This document shows, in pieces, positions 26,010-36,404 of a stretch of DNA of 54,015 nt. The translations under genes were made by a program, and so were the position numbers. This DNA is from a virus. Its lineage: Duplodnaviria; Caudoviricetes. The notes below the pieces were generated by a model that was given only the letters and a program-made list of their open reading frames with translations, was not told where the DNA came from and searched no databases. The DNA lies in IMG/VR virus record IMGVR_UViG_3300037247_000257, positions 1-54,015 of that record, one strand, 5' to 3'. Every line of letters starts with the position of its first letter. Positions within the stretch are counted from its first letter, which is position 1.

Positions 26010-26454
26010 TTTTCTGCAGTTTACCAAGCCCTGCATATTGCAACGCTTCTAAATCAAACCCGTTGTAACTCATTAAATAGATAATAAGATCTAAAGACTC
26101 AGACATAGCGCCTATTATTTCTTCGTTATGAGTAGAACTTCTTAGTATAACTAACGCTCTTTCTAAGATATCTCCTATAACAGCGTGTTGGTTAACACTT
26201 AAAACAACTGGTACGTCCCAGTTATCTTCAAATCTATTTTCTATAACGTCACTTAATTCAGCCATTTCGGCTAACTTCAATATAGCTACCAAAGCGTCTG
26301 CTAAGTCTTGTCTTAACTTATCAGGCAACTCTAAATGTAGAGCCATATTACCTACCGCCCCGACGATTTCTAGTCTGCACTGGTTTAGTTCTACTAGTCC
26401 GTCGCCCTTTTTCCAAGTCTTTTTCACCTCGGATAGATACGCGTTGTATTTCAT
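25984..26454 (-). CDS. Hypothetical all-alpha protein, weakly MazG-like
   Basis: Helical; the acidic MazG motif is degenerate. Confidence 0.35.
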   Translation of the reverse strand: MKYNAYLSEVKKTWKKGDGLVELNQCRLEIVGAVGNMALHLELPDKLRQDLADALVAILKLAEMAELSDVIENRFEDNWDVPVVLSVNQHAVIGDILERALVILRSSTHNEEIIGAMSESLDLIIYLMSYNGFDLEALQYAGLGKLQKNAKDVSSR

Positions 26455-27136
26455 ACTTAGCTTCTTTTAATTGTTCTTGAAAACCTTTATGGTTTATAAT
26501 CCTTTTGTCTGTATCCTTAACAATCGTGAATACCAGCTTTCTGTCTTCTTCTTTATCTACCGGTACAAACTTTGGTACGGGTGGTTGGGTTATCCATAAG
26601 ACATTATCATCTGGTATTACTTGTTTGTTTCTCTTCTTTCCGTTCTTATCCCTGTTACCTGTTAGACAGTCCTGAAAAGCCTTAATATAAGGCCAAGATC
26701 TGTTATCGACATCCCATAGTGAATGACTACTTGGTTCACGTATGATGTCGTGGAGCTCAAGTTCTAACTTCAGAGGAAAGTGTTCTAAATTAATCGGATC
26801 AAGTTTGTTAACGTACGGAGCCATTTGCTCTTTTATGGCTGACAGTATTTTGTTCCGGATATGCTTAGAAGCTTCTCCGTTGTAGATCTTTTGCCCGTTG
26901 ATTGTTATAAGACGAGGTGTTCCTGCTGCTCTTGGGTTAGCTATAACTCTTTCGCCGCTAGCGATTTCTGTTAAATAAGCTTTACCATTAGACCAACGTT
27001 TCCACGTATATTTAGTGTTGTCATTGTATTTCTGAGCTTTAGGGCCTTTCTTGCCTTTCTCATAATACTTTTTCATTCTAGCATCACTAAGTTTAACTTG
27101 TCTTATATATTCGGGTATTTCTACAGTAATTTTCAT
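26348..27136 (-). CDS. RusA-like Holliday junction resolvase
   Basis: DVDN...KAFQDCL...IPDD catalytic pattern. Confidence 0.65.
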   Translation of the reverse strand: MKITVEIPEYIRQVKLSDARMKKYYEKGKKGPKAQKYNDNTKYTWKRWSNGKAYLTEIASGERVIANPRAAGTPRLITINGQKIYNGEASKHIRNKILSAIKEQMAPYVNKLDPINLEHFPLKLELELHDIIREPSSHSLWDVDNRSWPYIKAFQDCLTGNRDKNGKKRNKQVIPDDNVLWITQPPVPKFVPVDKEEDRKLVFTIVKDTDKRIINHKGFQEQLKEAKYEIQRVSIRGEKDLEKGRRTSRTKPVQTRNRRGGR

Positions 27137-27156
27137 ACAAAAGGTTAGTAAAAAGT

Positions 27157-27181
27157 AAAAGGGGAGCATTACTCCCCTCTT
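27157..27181 (-). terminator. Intrinsic terminator after the rIIB-like gene
   Basis: AGGGGAGT-AAT-GCTCCCCT followed by TTTACTTTTT. Confidence 0.7.
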
Positions 27182-27183
27182 TC

Positions 27184-28362
27184 TTATAAGTTTTCGATCT
27201 GTTTCAAACCTTCCTCGAAGGTCTTGATCGATTGTCCTTGAGCTTCTATAAGCTCTTTAGTTATAGTTTCCCACTCTTCGTCAGTCTGCTTAGCATACGT
27301 TGAAGGATGGTAAATACTATGGTTGACAGCTACTAAAGAACCGTCTACGTAGTACTGAAGTACACGCATAGCTTTATCTCCACCATAATCTGGAATAGCA
27401 CCGATGTGCATAGGGTCTACTAAACATGTATGGATATCAGCACCACTCCAATGAGCAATGTAACTTAAGCCACCAATGTGAAGACCTTTTACACAAGAAC
27501 GACTATCGTCGCAGTTTACAAACGACCAATCTGGAAGTCTGTGAGTACAACCAATCTTGATGAAGTGACCAGGTTCTGAATATCCATTAGGACCTTCACA
27601 GTAAAAAGCATCTCCACTTTTACCCATAATGTATGGAGTAAAGATTCTATCTTCTGCTTTAGTTGTGTCTCTCTCATCAACTTCCTCGATGATTTTCCCA
27701 GTATCTGGACAGAACGTACGTTTCTTAGCGTATCTAGGAACTGAAACAATGTCACCATCTTCATTTTCCTCGAACTTTTCTAAGTGCTCGTTAGAAGTTT
27801 TGAAACAAGCTATTAAGCCTTCTTCTGTTGGTTTAACTTCGTAAGTAGTAGCTTTTTGCTCAGCTAACTCTTCGCTTAAACCTTCTTCCATGTACTCAAT
27901 TTTCTTAGCTGGATCTACCCACGTCATGTCGATATACTCAGCTAAACGTTTCATAAATACCTTGTTATCAGCTTTAGGGTTACGTAAAGCTCTTTTCCAA
28001 AGCTTGATAAGTGGATTTACATCTATCCCTTTTTCAATCGATTGTTCAAGTCTCCACACTAATTCCTCAGGTAAAGGTATTTTAGAGATAACGTCGTCAG
28101 ATAGTTTGATAAAGTATTCTTTAGTTACCGGTTGGTAATAAAGCTCTTTATGAAACGCTTCTACTTTCTCTTTGTAGTCATCTTTACAGATGTTGTCTAC
28201 ATCTAATAAAAGAGCTTCTAACTCTTCCATAGTTTTCACTTTTTGTGAATCTCCAGAGATTTTCATCAACTTGTTAAATTTCTCATGAGAGAACATAACA
28301 TTAAACGATTTTTCTCTGCATTGTACTGAGATGTTTTCTCCCAGTCTGTTAACTACTATCAT
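27184..28362 (-). CDS. rIIB: rIIB-like protein
   Basis: CVKGLHIGGLSYI and VDPMHIGAIPDY...KAMRV motifs; lies downstream of an rIIA-like gene. Confidence 0.75.
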   Translation of the reverse strand: MIVVNRLGENISVQCREKSFNVMFSHEKFNKLMKISGDSQKVKTMEELEALLLDVDNICKDDYKEKVEAFHKELYYQPVTKEYFIKLSDDVISKIPLPEELVWRLEQSIEKGIDVNPLIKLWKRALRNPKADNKVFMKRLAEYIDMTWVDPAKKIEYMEEGLSEELAEQKATTYEVKPTEEGLIACFKTSNEHLEKFEENEDGDIVSVPRYAKKRTFCPDTGKIIEEVDERDTTKAEDRIFTPYIMGKSGDAFYCEGPNGYSEPGHFIKIGCTHRLPDWSFVNCDDSRSCVKGLHIGGLSYIAHWSGADIHTCLVDPMHIGAIPDYGGDKAMRVLQYYVDGSLVAVNHSIYHPSTYAKQTDEEWETITKELIEAQGQSIKTFEEGLKQIENL

Positions 28363-28925
28363 AGTTCTACTTTTTGTTTGATTACTAAAGTGTTTCTGTT
28401 CCAAGCTTTTTTATCACAGAGTTCCTGTAATATTTGTAGTGCTTGTTCTACTTTTTTTTGTTCTTCTTCTGTCATTGCAGGATGCTCTCGGTAAGAGTCT
28501 TCCAGATTCCTACATCGTTTCCAAAGTTGAAACTTTAAATAGTTTCTTTTCTTAACAACGTACTCATCAAAAGGAGTAATTCTTTCCGTAAACACTTGAG
28601 AGTAAGTATCTGCTGAACGCCTCAAGGTACTAAAATAGCATGAAACAAACCAACCTGGTTTAGGTAAAGTTGTATCAACTGGCACAGCAAGATTCATACT
28701 TGCCCATTCTGCCATGTTATACTTAGTTGAGTATTTACAAAATATAGCTACTATATTGTTTATCACTCTGTTTTTAGCAGGACCTACTAGCGCATTTTTT
28801 TGCGTAGGCGTTTTAGCTCTTGCCCACGGTGAAATATTACTATCTTTCTCACCGCTTTCAGCTATTAATCTCTCCTGATTTGACAGAAATATCCTCGGTG
28901 TCTTGAATTGTCTCAGATTGTCCAT
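28359..28925 (-). CDS. Hypothetical protein inserted between rIIA and rIIB
   Basis: 188 aa ORF; start uncertain because it overlaps the rIIA 3' end. Confidence 0.5.
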   Translation of the reverse strand: MDNLRQFKTPRIFLSNQERLIAESGEKDSNISPWARAKTPTQKNALVGPAKNRVINNIVAIFCKYSTKYNMAEWASMNLAVPVDTTLPKPGWFVSCYFSTLRRSADTYSQVFTERITPFDEYVVKKRNYLKFQLWKRCRNLEDSYREHPAMTEEEQKKVEQALQILQELCDKKAWNRNTLVIKQKVEL

Positions 28926-31665
28926 ACTCTAACTTTTTCCAACTTATCATTTCCTGTATTAGTAAAGTTGTTTCCATATCAAGCTCTTTACGTTCACCAT
29001 CTGTTAGAATATCCATCTTGTTAAACACTGCCTTTAAAGGGCCAACATAAGCTATTAAAGCATTTGCCATGTTTATAAGATCACTATTAACAGCTAATCC
29101 ACCTGTTATACCTGTTGGCAAACTTGCTTGTTTTACGTACTCAGCTATAGTTTCTGGAGTTTCATCAGATTGAGCCATATCTTGAAGCTTTTCTATACTA
29201 TCAAGATACTTTAAGAAATCTTGGTGATGCTCGTTCATAGCAAAACGCTTACTATAATTAGAAAGATCTCTATGATATCTTGCTACATATTTCTTTAACT
29301 TAATATAATCTTCATGAGCTTCTTGATTGAAGTTCGCAAAGTTTTCTAAAAAAGCTAAAGATTTCATAGTAGAATCTATCTTTCTTGCTGTGTTCCAGTG
29401 TACTATCGCATTGTCCATAATTACATTGCAGCCCGTTACTTGACCTTTTTCATTTTTTACTAATACAGCTTCTCCGAAGAAATCGTCAATATGCTTATGC
29501 ATACTAAAGTGTTTCTTATTGCTCTTTGAAACTGCTACTACTTTATAAAACTCATTATCAAACCTATCATTACTTCCGTAAATTAAAGGCGTGTTTTCAC
29601 TACGCGCTTCGTTTACATCTTTACAAAGAACTCCGTTCATTCTGTCAAGAATGTGGCAAGCGTATTGTAACTTAGACTCATCGTGTTGAAAGCCATAGTA
29701 CAAAGTACCTTTATAATCTTTGATTTCTTGAAACTTAGGTTCACGCTTATTCATCTGATAAGTTTTACTGATCGTATCCTCCCTATCATAAGGTATATAA
29801 CGCTCAACAAAAGTGTTACAGACAACTCTCATCTCGAGTTCACGCTTTTCTTTAGCTGTGAGTTTTACTTCTTCTTCTATCGAATTACCATCTTCGTCTA
29901 CTTTACCTTGCTCAATCTTTGTTAAGTTTTTGATATACTCTTGTGGTACATCTAACTCATCATAGCTTTTGTAAGATTCTGATAACTTTAGAAGGTTAAT
30001 CACTTCATCCCTATCGGCTTTAGCTTTCTTAATCCAAGCCGCTTTGTTTTGAAGCTGGAGCTTGTTTTTAGTTATCATAGCCGAAGCAGCATGCTCGATA
30101 GTTTCATCGAGTTTAGGTGATATCGTTATGAAAGTGTTACCAGATGACTGATCAGCACAGTAAACATCTTTATAACGAGAAGCTTGAGAAGTCTTAAAAT
30201 AAACAGTATCAGTGTTTATCAAATTCCACCCAATATTCTTATCATCACGATTTACTTGATAAAGTCCTTCTTTGTCTTTAAACTTAGTACTTTTTACAAT
30301 ACTACAGTGCTTAAATACACTAGATGGAATACCAAAGCGTATTTTCGTACCTTTAAACTTAGGTTGAACATTCTGTAAATCGACTATTCGACTTAATCGC
30401 CCTATGGTATTGTTCACTCCTGAATAAGATACGATGTTTTTACACGCATTTAACCACTTTATAAAGTCAGTTTGTTGTAACTCTTTCTCTACAAGGCCAG
30501 TAGCCTCTTCTTGAGCTATTTCAAACTGCTTCTTTAAGAATACTCGTGTAGCAGCAGTCCATCGAACAGTTTCTCGAGAAGGAACAACGTCAACTCCGTC
30601 GCTTATCACAACTTCATTACCTTCGTCATCTTCAACAACCTGTCGGATAGGACATTTTACACCTATATCTCCATGTAAATCCTCTAACTCCATCTCTTTG
30701 AAGTCTATGTGTCCATAACACACACCAGTCTGACTCTCAACGTTATCACCACCTTTAATGATGACGATATGCGGTTTAGAATAAGGACTGTTCTTAGAGA
30801 TAATTAGATTCGCTGAGTTATACATAGTATCAGCTTTAAAAGATATTTCACTTTTATAGCCATCTACACTCTCTTCGTAAAACTTAACGTTTCTAAAATA
30901 AAGTAGCTGAGTTTTTACAGCCTCGATATAGTTTGTTTTGTGGTGCTTAAGAGCCGGCACCTCGACTTGTGTATAATTCTTCTCTTCAGTACGTTCACCA
31001 TGAATGACAAACCCATCAGAGAATGTGTAAGGGATATTTGCTTCTCCCTTATCTAAATCAAGCGCTCCGATCATAGAGTTAATCTTACGATTAAACACCT
31101 GAATCTTGTACTTGATACCGTTGTACACTGTAGTAAGGATATAAAATCCTGTACCATCAGATGTAGCTAGACCAACCTTGGCCCCTAGTCCGAATGCTCC
31201 TAAAGCATCCTTACGATTACGTTTAGTAGAGTAACCAATTTCTAATACACCCTCAAGACGACCTGAGCCAATACCTACTCCATAGTCACGAACTATGAAA
31301 CTATCACAACGTCCTCCTCCTTCTCCTGAACGGTAGATAATCTCTACATCATTCTTGTCTTGATTAAGGTGGTTACGATCGTAATAAGTTGGGTCCCACT
31401 TGGAGTCTGCATAAAGCGCCCCGTCTCGTTCGATAAAGTAATCACTTGCTTTAGCACTACCTGAGAGTATTTCGATAGCTCTCTCTTTCTCACTCTGCGC
31501 ATCAACTGCGTTCGCCGTGAGTTCACGTACCGTACTTTGAATCGGTTTCTGATATTGCTGCGCTTGGACAATGTCCATGACCATGCCTTCTGCCGCTGCA
31601 TTAATCTTTCTCCTCTTACCTGCTGTTCCTTGGACTTCACGTTTTTCTACTTCTTGTATAGCCAC
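28858..31665 (-). CDS. rIIA: rIIA-like protein with GHKL/Hsp90-like ATPase domain
   Basis: RELTANAVDA, DYGVG, STKR...GAFGLGAK, VVPSRE. Confidence 0.8.
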   Translation of the reverse strand: MAIQEVEKREVQGTAGKRRKINAAAEGMVMDIVQAQQYQKPIQSTVRELTANAVDAQSEKERAIEILSGSAKASDYFIERDGALYADSKWDPTYYDRNHLNQDKNDVEIIYRSGEGGGRCDSFIVRDYGVGIGSGRLEGVLEIGYSTKRNRKDALGAFGLGAKVGLATSDGTGFYILTTVYNGIKYKIQVFNRKINSMIGALDLDKGEANIPYTFSDGFVIHGERTEEKNYTQVEVPALKHHKTNYIEAVKTQLLYFRNVKFYEESVDGYKSEISFKADTMYNSANLIISKNSPYSKPHIVIIKGGDNVESQTGVCYGHIDFKEMELEDLHGDIGVKCPIRQVVEDDEGNEVVISDGVDVVPSRETVRWTAATRVFLKKQFEIAQEEATGLVEKELQQTDFIKWLNACKNIVSYSGVNNTIGRLSRIVDLQNVQPKFKGTKIRFGIPSSVFKHCSIVKSTKFKDKEGLYQVNRDDKNIGWNLINTDTVYFKTSQASRYKDVYCADQSSGNTFITISPKLDETIEHAASAMITKNKLQLQNKAAWIKKAKADRDEVINLLKLSESYKSYDELDVPQEYIKNLTKIEQGKVDEDGNSIEEEVKLTAKEKRELEMRVVCNTFVERYIPYDREDTISKTYQMNKREPKFQEIKDYKGTLYYGFQHDESKLQYACHILDRMNGVLCKDVNEARSENTPLIYGSNDRFDNEFYKVVAVSKSNKKHFSMHKHIDDFFGEAVLVKNEKGQVTGCNVIMDNAIVHWNTARKIDSTMKSLAFLENFANFNQEAHEDYIKLKKYVARYHRDLSNYSKRFAMNEHHQDFLKYLDSIEKLQDMAQSDETPETIAEYVKQASLPTGITGGLAVNSDLINMANALIAYVGPLKAVFNKMDILTDGERKELDMETTLLIQEMISWKKLEYGQSETIQDTEDISVKSGEINS

Positions 31666-32614
31666 TTGTTAAGATTTTAATAATTATCTCTGCGGCGGTT
31701 GAACATCGATTTTTAGCGATATCTGTGATGTCTTTTCCTCCATGTGATGAAAGATACAACTCAGGGATATCATAAAGCTCGGCCATTCTTCCAGCAGAGC
31801 GTCTTCCTGTAAGATCGTCGTCGTACAGGCTAACTAATGTGTCAAATCTTTGAGAAAATTCATAGTGTTCATCTTTGGATATTATGGTTGACTCGCTTGG
31901 TGGAGCAACCGCAGCTATACCACATTGATCTAGGAACATAACATCTTTCATGCTTTTGGTTATCACCAATAGTTTTCCTGAATCAGGGAGCTGTGAGTAA
32001 CCTTGTAATCCTACAAAGTTTCCTAAGAATCTCCATTCTTTTCTCAAAGGGAAATATAGCTTTATCTTACCATCAAAGTAATATCCGTAACACGGATCTT
32101 GTGCGTTATAAGTATACACAAGTCGATCTCCGACCCATGCGTACTGTACTGGCGCAACTTTATACTTTTGCATAGTTTTAGTAGAAATGCCGTAACTTCT
32201 CCAATAAGCAATGTCATGCTGTTTGAGTTTACGCCATTTAACTTTGATTTCAGCTAATTCCTTTTCTTGTATTTCGTGTACTTTTGGTTTGCGTTTTAAG
32301 TTCCCTATTTTGAGACCATCTACGAGACCAAAATCTCGCGCGATAATTTTACACGCATCCCAGAAATTAACACCGTAAAGACGCATTACTACGTCAAAAC
32401 AATTACCTAAAAAGTCACCCGACCAGTCGATGAAAGTCATCACACCGTTCGGGTTCCTTTTAAAGGTACATGTTGGGTTTTTGTCTTCTCTAAACGGAGA
32501 ACATATTTTCTCTGTAAAGTCGACAGTTACCCCAAGATATCTTTCGAATATCTCTTCTTGGGATAGTCGGCTCAGAATGAACTTCTTGTCTATATCTGGG
32601 ACTATCCTAAGCAT
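31637..32614 (-). CDS. dnaG: DNA primase (Zn-finger-like plus TOPRIM)
   Basis: CSPFREDKNPTC, ITKSMKDV, YDDDLTG, KDITD. Confidence 0.85.
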   Translation of the reverse strand: MLRIVPDIDKKFILSRLSQEEIFERYLGVTVDFTEKICSPFREDKNPTCTFKRNPNGVMTFIDWSGDFLGNCFDVVMRLYGVNFWDACKIIARDFGLVDGLKIGNLKRKPKVHEIQEKELAEIKVKWRKLKQHDIAYWRSYGISTKTMQKYKVAPVQYAWVGDRLVYTYNAQDPCYGYYFDGKIKLYFPLRKEWRFLGNFVGLQGYSQLPDSGKLLVITKSMKDVMFLDQCGIAAVAPPSESTIISKDEHYEFSQRFDTLVSLYDDDLTGRRSAGRMAELYDIPELYLSSHGGKDITDIAKNRCSTAAEIIIKILTSGYTRSRKT

Positions 32615-33228
32615 TACTTACCGAATGGTACTTCGTTATTAGTATTATCAGTACCAAATACAGCATTTAACGCGTCTTCATTGTTGTTTGTGTCTGAAGA
32701 AACTCCGTATTCTGACATAGGTAATACTCTATCGTAAGGTATTCCATTTTGATCTTTGTTATCACGTAACTTAAGACCTCTTGGTCTGAATTCAGTTGAG
32801 ATAAATGCACCGTACTTTGGAATCACACACATTTTATCATCATTATACTTGTAGACAATTTTCATGCTAGCTTCTGCTCCAACATGCGCGGTCAATGCTG
32901 CAGCGATGTTTCTGTAGAATTCACCAATAGAAGCACCACCTACTTTAGCAACAGCATCGTTATCTAAGAAAGCTTCTAACAACTGCTTAATATGCTTTTG
33001 CTTATCTTCTGCAGTATTAGCGTTGTATCTTTCAGAATTAGTATCAAAGTCAGATGCCCAGAATCTTGGCTTGAAATTACCTGCATTGTCAACATTAGTA
33101 CCTTTAAATGTGATATCTAAATGCCCATCTTCTGTGATTTCTACTTTATCAAGTTTTACCGGAACTGCTTCTCCTGGATTGATTGGTGAAAATGATTTTT
33201 CTGATTCTACGTTACCTAAGTTAAACAT
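32614..33228 (-). CDS. Putative ssDNA-binding protein
   Basis: Sits in the replication cluster; acidic tail ending EVPFGK. Confidence 0.45.
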   Translation of the reverse strand: MFNLGNVESEKSFSPINPGEAVPVKLDKVEITEDGHLDITFKGTNVDNAGNFKPRFWASDFDTNSERYNANTAEDKQKHIKQLLEAFLDNDAVAKVGGASIGEFYRNIAAALTAHVGAEASMKIVYKYNDDKMCVIPKYGAFISTEFRPRGLKLRDNKDQNGIPYDRVLPMSEYGVSSDTNNNEDALNAVFGTDNTNNEVPFGK

Positions 33229-33259
33229 AACTTTTTTTTTATTAATTGTTTTAGACTAA

Positions 33260-33282
33260 AATGCCCCTCTAACGTGAGGGGC
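33260..33282 (-). terminator. Probable terminator hairpin
   Basis: GCCCCTC-ACGTTA-GAGGGGC-ATTTT. Confidence 0.55.
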
Positions 33283-33384
33283 GATACGGCCATTCAACAG
33301 GTGACATCCCGATACCTTGTTTTCGCACAAGGTTAAGCGGCACGGCGAGGTAGCGAATCTGCGCGAGGGTGCAACGATACTTTT

Positions 33385-33924
33385 TTACGCTTCGTGAGAA
33401 TCGTTTGCGTCGTCCATGTCAGCTACAGCTTCCATTTGTGGCTCTTCTTCAGAGTCTTCAGCTAAGATCTCCGCTCTAACTTGTGCAGCTGCTTCAGCTT
33501 CAGAAACAACTTCTGTGTCGTCATGTGCTTCGCCAGCTTCCTCAGCTTTGATTCTAAACTCTTCTCTTTTTTCTGCACCATTAACAGTTTCTTCTAAAGC
33601 GTAATAAACATCTCCAGTAGCAGGATGTTCTTGCCCATCACCTACGATAGCAAGCTCAGTGTACTTTCCACCTAACAAGTGTGCTATTGTTTGGTGAGAA
33701 AATTCACCATTTTTAGCAGGTCTTCCAACACCACTTTCAGCATCAGTTGATGCAATAATAAACACTTCACCAGTTCTTTGAACGATGATATTTCTATCAG
33801 CAGTAAGGTTTAAACGCTTCTTAGCATCTTCTCCTAATCTGATCTTGTTACCTGCAAATACTTTTACATCTGCCACTTGAATTGTCTTATTTGTTACGTT
33901 CTCTATGTTATCGAAGTTAAACAT
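33385..33924 (-). CDS. Hypothetical protein with acidic C-terminus
   Basis: 179 aa from MFNFDNIE; strongly biased codon usage. Confidence 0.6.
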   Translation of the reverse strand: MFNFDNIENVTNKTIQVADVKVFAGNKIRLGEDAKKRLNLTADRNIIVQRTGEVFIIASTDAESGVGRPAKNGEFSHQTIAHLLGGKYTELAIVGDGQEHPATGDVYYALEETVNGAEKREEFRIKAEEAGEAHDDTEVVSEAEAAAQVRAEILAEDSEEEPQMEAVADMDDANDSHEA

Positions 33925-33963
33925 CTTCTTGATTTTTATAAAATTATACACTGATTTTTTTTG

Positions 33964-33989
33964 AAGAAAAGAGGGGAAAGTCCCCTCTT
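33964..33989 (-). terminator. Intrinsic terminator
   Basis: AAGAGGGGA-CTT-TCCCCTCTT followed by TTCTT. Confidence 0.7.
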
Positions 33990-33990
33990 A

Positions 33991-34683
33991 CTATTCTCCG
34001 TAGTACTTATCGATAGCAGCTACTACCTTTCCAAGATCATTCTCAACGAAATCGTCTTTGAACATCCCTTCTGGACTCTTAGCTGTTGTTGTGCCGTCTG
34101 AGTGTGTTATAAACCCGTATTCTGGGCGGTCATCCTTATCTTTACGGATGTCTGTGAATAACACAACAGTAAACAAACCTTCCATGGTCAATTTCTCATC
34201 AACCATCTTACCGATCGTCTTCATCTTACGAAGAGGTTTGAAGTTTTCACTTGTTTCCTCTTCATGAGTGAGTACAAAGACTTTAATGTCTTCTCTTTCT
34301 AGCTGCGAAGCTTTCATGAGAGGACGAGCTCCATTCTTACCGATTGAAGCAAACTTTTCGAAACCTTTCTCGTCAGCTCTATCAAAGAACTCAAAACCCA
34401 TGATGTACTGATAATCATCAATCACGACATTTTTAATGTCCGGGCGTTTCTTATCAACCAGACTAAGTATCTGGATAATAGTATCTGCGCTTTTTGATTT
34501 GAAATAGTTACCAGTTGCACCACCGCTTGCCACATCAAGAGGAGTATACAGTTTATTAAACCCCTTCATAGGAATCTTTTTACCTGATACACTGATGATC
34601 AACGTTTCTTTAGGGTCTAACCCTTGGATCGATCGAGTCTTACCCGATCCTGAACGACCCACTACACCTACACATTCTGCCAT
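33991..34683 (-). CDS. AAA_24 / Sak4-like P-loop ATPase
   Basis: GRSGSGKT, VVIDD, LTHEE, KTIGKMVD, TTAKSPEGMF. Confidence 0.85.
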   Translation of the reverse strand: MAECVGVVGRSGSGKTRSIQGLDPKETLIISVSGKKIPMKGFNKLYTPLDVASGGATGNYFKSKSADTIIQILSLVDKKRPDIKNVVIDDYQYIMGFEFFDRADEKGFEKFASIGKNGARPLMKASQLEREDIKVFVLTHEEETSENFKPLRKMKTIGKMVDEKLTMEGLFTVVLFTDIRKDKDDRPEYGFITHSDGTTTAKSPEGMFKDDFVENDLGKVVAAIDKYYGE

Positions 34684-34745
34684 AGCCCTGATCCCTCCGA
34701 AGAGGGACGGGAGCCTGCTGAGATTTCAAGTCTCGACAAAACGTG

Positions 34746-35810
34746 TTAGATGAGTTTTTTTTGGCTACTTATTAAAGGCACCCCGCCTTCTTTTTGCGCA
34801 TCGTCTAACATCTGGCTAAACACATCTCTTTCCATCTCATCAAAGTCAAATAATGCTAACTTGTTATAGCATGGTATCGTTAAATCTGAGGCACCTGACC
34901 TCTGTTTTACTAATTCGAAGTATACCATCTGATAAGTAACATCATCTAATCTGTAACGAGTTGGTAATCCATGTGGTGTGTACAAATCTAAGCCTAGTTT
35001 TGCCGGTATGTGTGAGAACATAATGTAGTCAGAGCACTGCTCGATACTAGAAGCACCGAATAGACAGCCAGTGTCCGGTCTATGCATGTCTGAATTTCGT
35101 ACTCTGTCCACCGATCGGATCTCTCGGTTCATTTGACTTAGAACAATACCCACTGAATGACCACCATTATCAGCTATGTATTTCTTGACGTCAACTAGAA
35201 GATACATAAGCTCATCGACTCTTTGCTTTTCGCTTTGACCTTCTCTACCTTTTACAAGCAGAGCGTGATCAATTTCGTAAACCATCGTTTTGTTAGTTGG
35301 TTTACATTCATTCTCCCAGTAATATATTATAGAGTCAGCAATGGCTTTAGGCGTGTTTGGAACATCGATAAAATCGACATCACGCTTAGCTAACTCATCA
35401 TAATACTCTTTAAGTGCTTCGAACTGCTTATCAGTAAGCGGCTCATCTACACTATAAAGATCTCTCAACTTCATTTTACTATCTGTAACTACAGATCTTG
35501 CAATCTGTTGGTGAGCTAGCATCTCGAAGTTGAAAATATACTGTTTGAAGTTTTGATCTGTGTTGAGAGTCGTAATAGAATCTCTTACACATTTCGATAG
35601 TGTACTCTTACCTGCGCCAGACAAGGCAGAAATACACATAATAGTATCTAACTCGATACCACCCATTAAACTCGCGTCTAACTTAGGGAATTTAGTTTTG
35701 AGTGAAGTAATATCACCGTTCATACGCTTTTGAACGTAATCTAGGTTTTCTGCCGCAGCTTGTTTGGCAGACTTCTTTCTCATGACGATTTGTTTAGACG
35801 ATTGTGACAT
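34746..35810 (-). CDS. dnaB: DnaB-like SF4 replicative helicase
   Basis: ALSGAGKS, FNFEM, IDH, LSQMNR, SSIEQ. Confidence 0.88.
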   Translation of the reverse strand: MSQSSKQIVMRKKSAKQAAAENLDYVQKRMNGDITSLKTKFPKLDASLMGGIELDTIMCISALSGAGKSTLSKCVRDSITTLNTDQNFKQYIFNFEMLAHQQIARSVVTDSKMKLRDLYSVDEPLTDKQFEALKEYYDELAKRDVDFIDVPNTPKAIADSIIYYWENECKPTNKTMVYEIDHALLVKGREGQSEKQRVDELMYLLVDVKKYIADNGGHSVGIVLSQMNREIRSVDRVRNSDMHRPDTGCLFGASSIEQCSDYIMFSHIPAKLGLDLYTPHGLPTRYRLDDVTYQMVYFELVKQRSGASDLTIPCYNKLALFDFDEMERDVFSQMLDDAQKEGGVPLISSQKKLI

Positions 35811-36384
35811 CAGATGCTTTGTTAGATTGAGTGTTACGAGATTTACGGATTACTTCCCAAAAGCGAGTAAGAACAAACTTCTGTAATCCTAAGATTATTC
35901 CGTTGTTCTTTTTCGCCCATTCGAGGTCTTCAATGACTCTCTTATGTTCTTTAGGATCTTTGTTAATAGCCCTTAGGTATTCTAATGCTATTTCCTCAGC
36001 AGAACAAGTACGACCTATAAAGTCACGCCCGTTCGTACCTCGGAACATACCTGGATATCTGTCAAACAGTTCCATTGGCATTGGATACACTTTAAGCTCA
36101 AAGTTTCCCGCAAACTTAGGGTTAATCTCGTAGTAATCATAAAGAGTTTTACCGAAATCATTTAAATCTTCGATTATCTCTCTAGCTACTAAATCTGCTA
36201 ACTCTTCAGGAGCAAGACCTCCTAAAACTGCCTTATACTCTAAGGACATTTTATAGGATTTCTTTTTCCAATCTGGATCATCATATGCTGGGTCTTTCAC
36301 CAACATTTTGACGAACATCAACTGAGCAGGGCTCAGCTTGAACTCTTTACAAAGCTCTAAGTCTTCTTCGACTGTGTGTAACAT
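35794..36384 (-). CDS. Hypothetical replication-associated protein
   Basis: 196 aa ORF overlapping the helicase start. Confidence 0.5.
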   Translation of the reverse strand: MLHTVEEDLELCKEFKLSPAQLMFVKMLVKDPAYDDPDWKKKSYKMSLEYKAVLGGLAPEELADLVAREIIEDLNDFGKTLYDYYEINPKFAGNFELKVYPMPMELFDRYPGMFRGTNGRDFIGRTCSAEEIALEYLRAINKDPKEHKRVIEDLEWAKKNNGIILGLQKFVLTRFWEVIRKSRNTQSNKASDVTIV

Positions 36385-36404
36385 AGGACTTCCTTTATGG
36401 GAGC

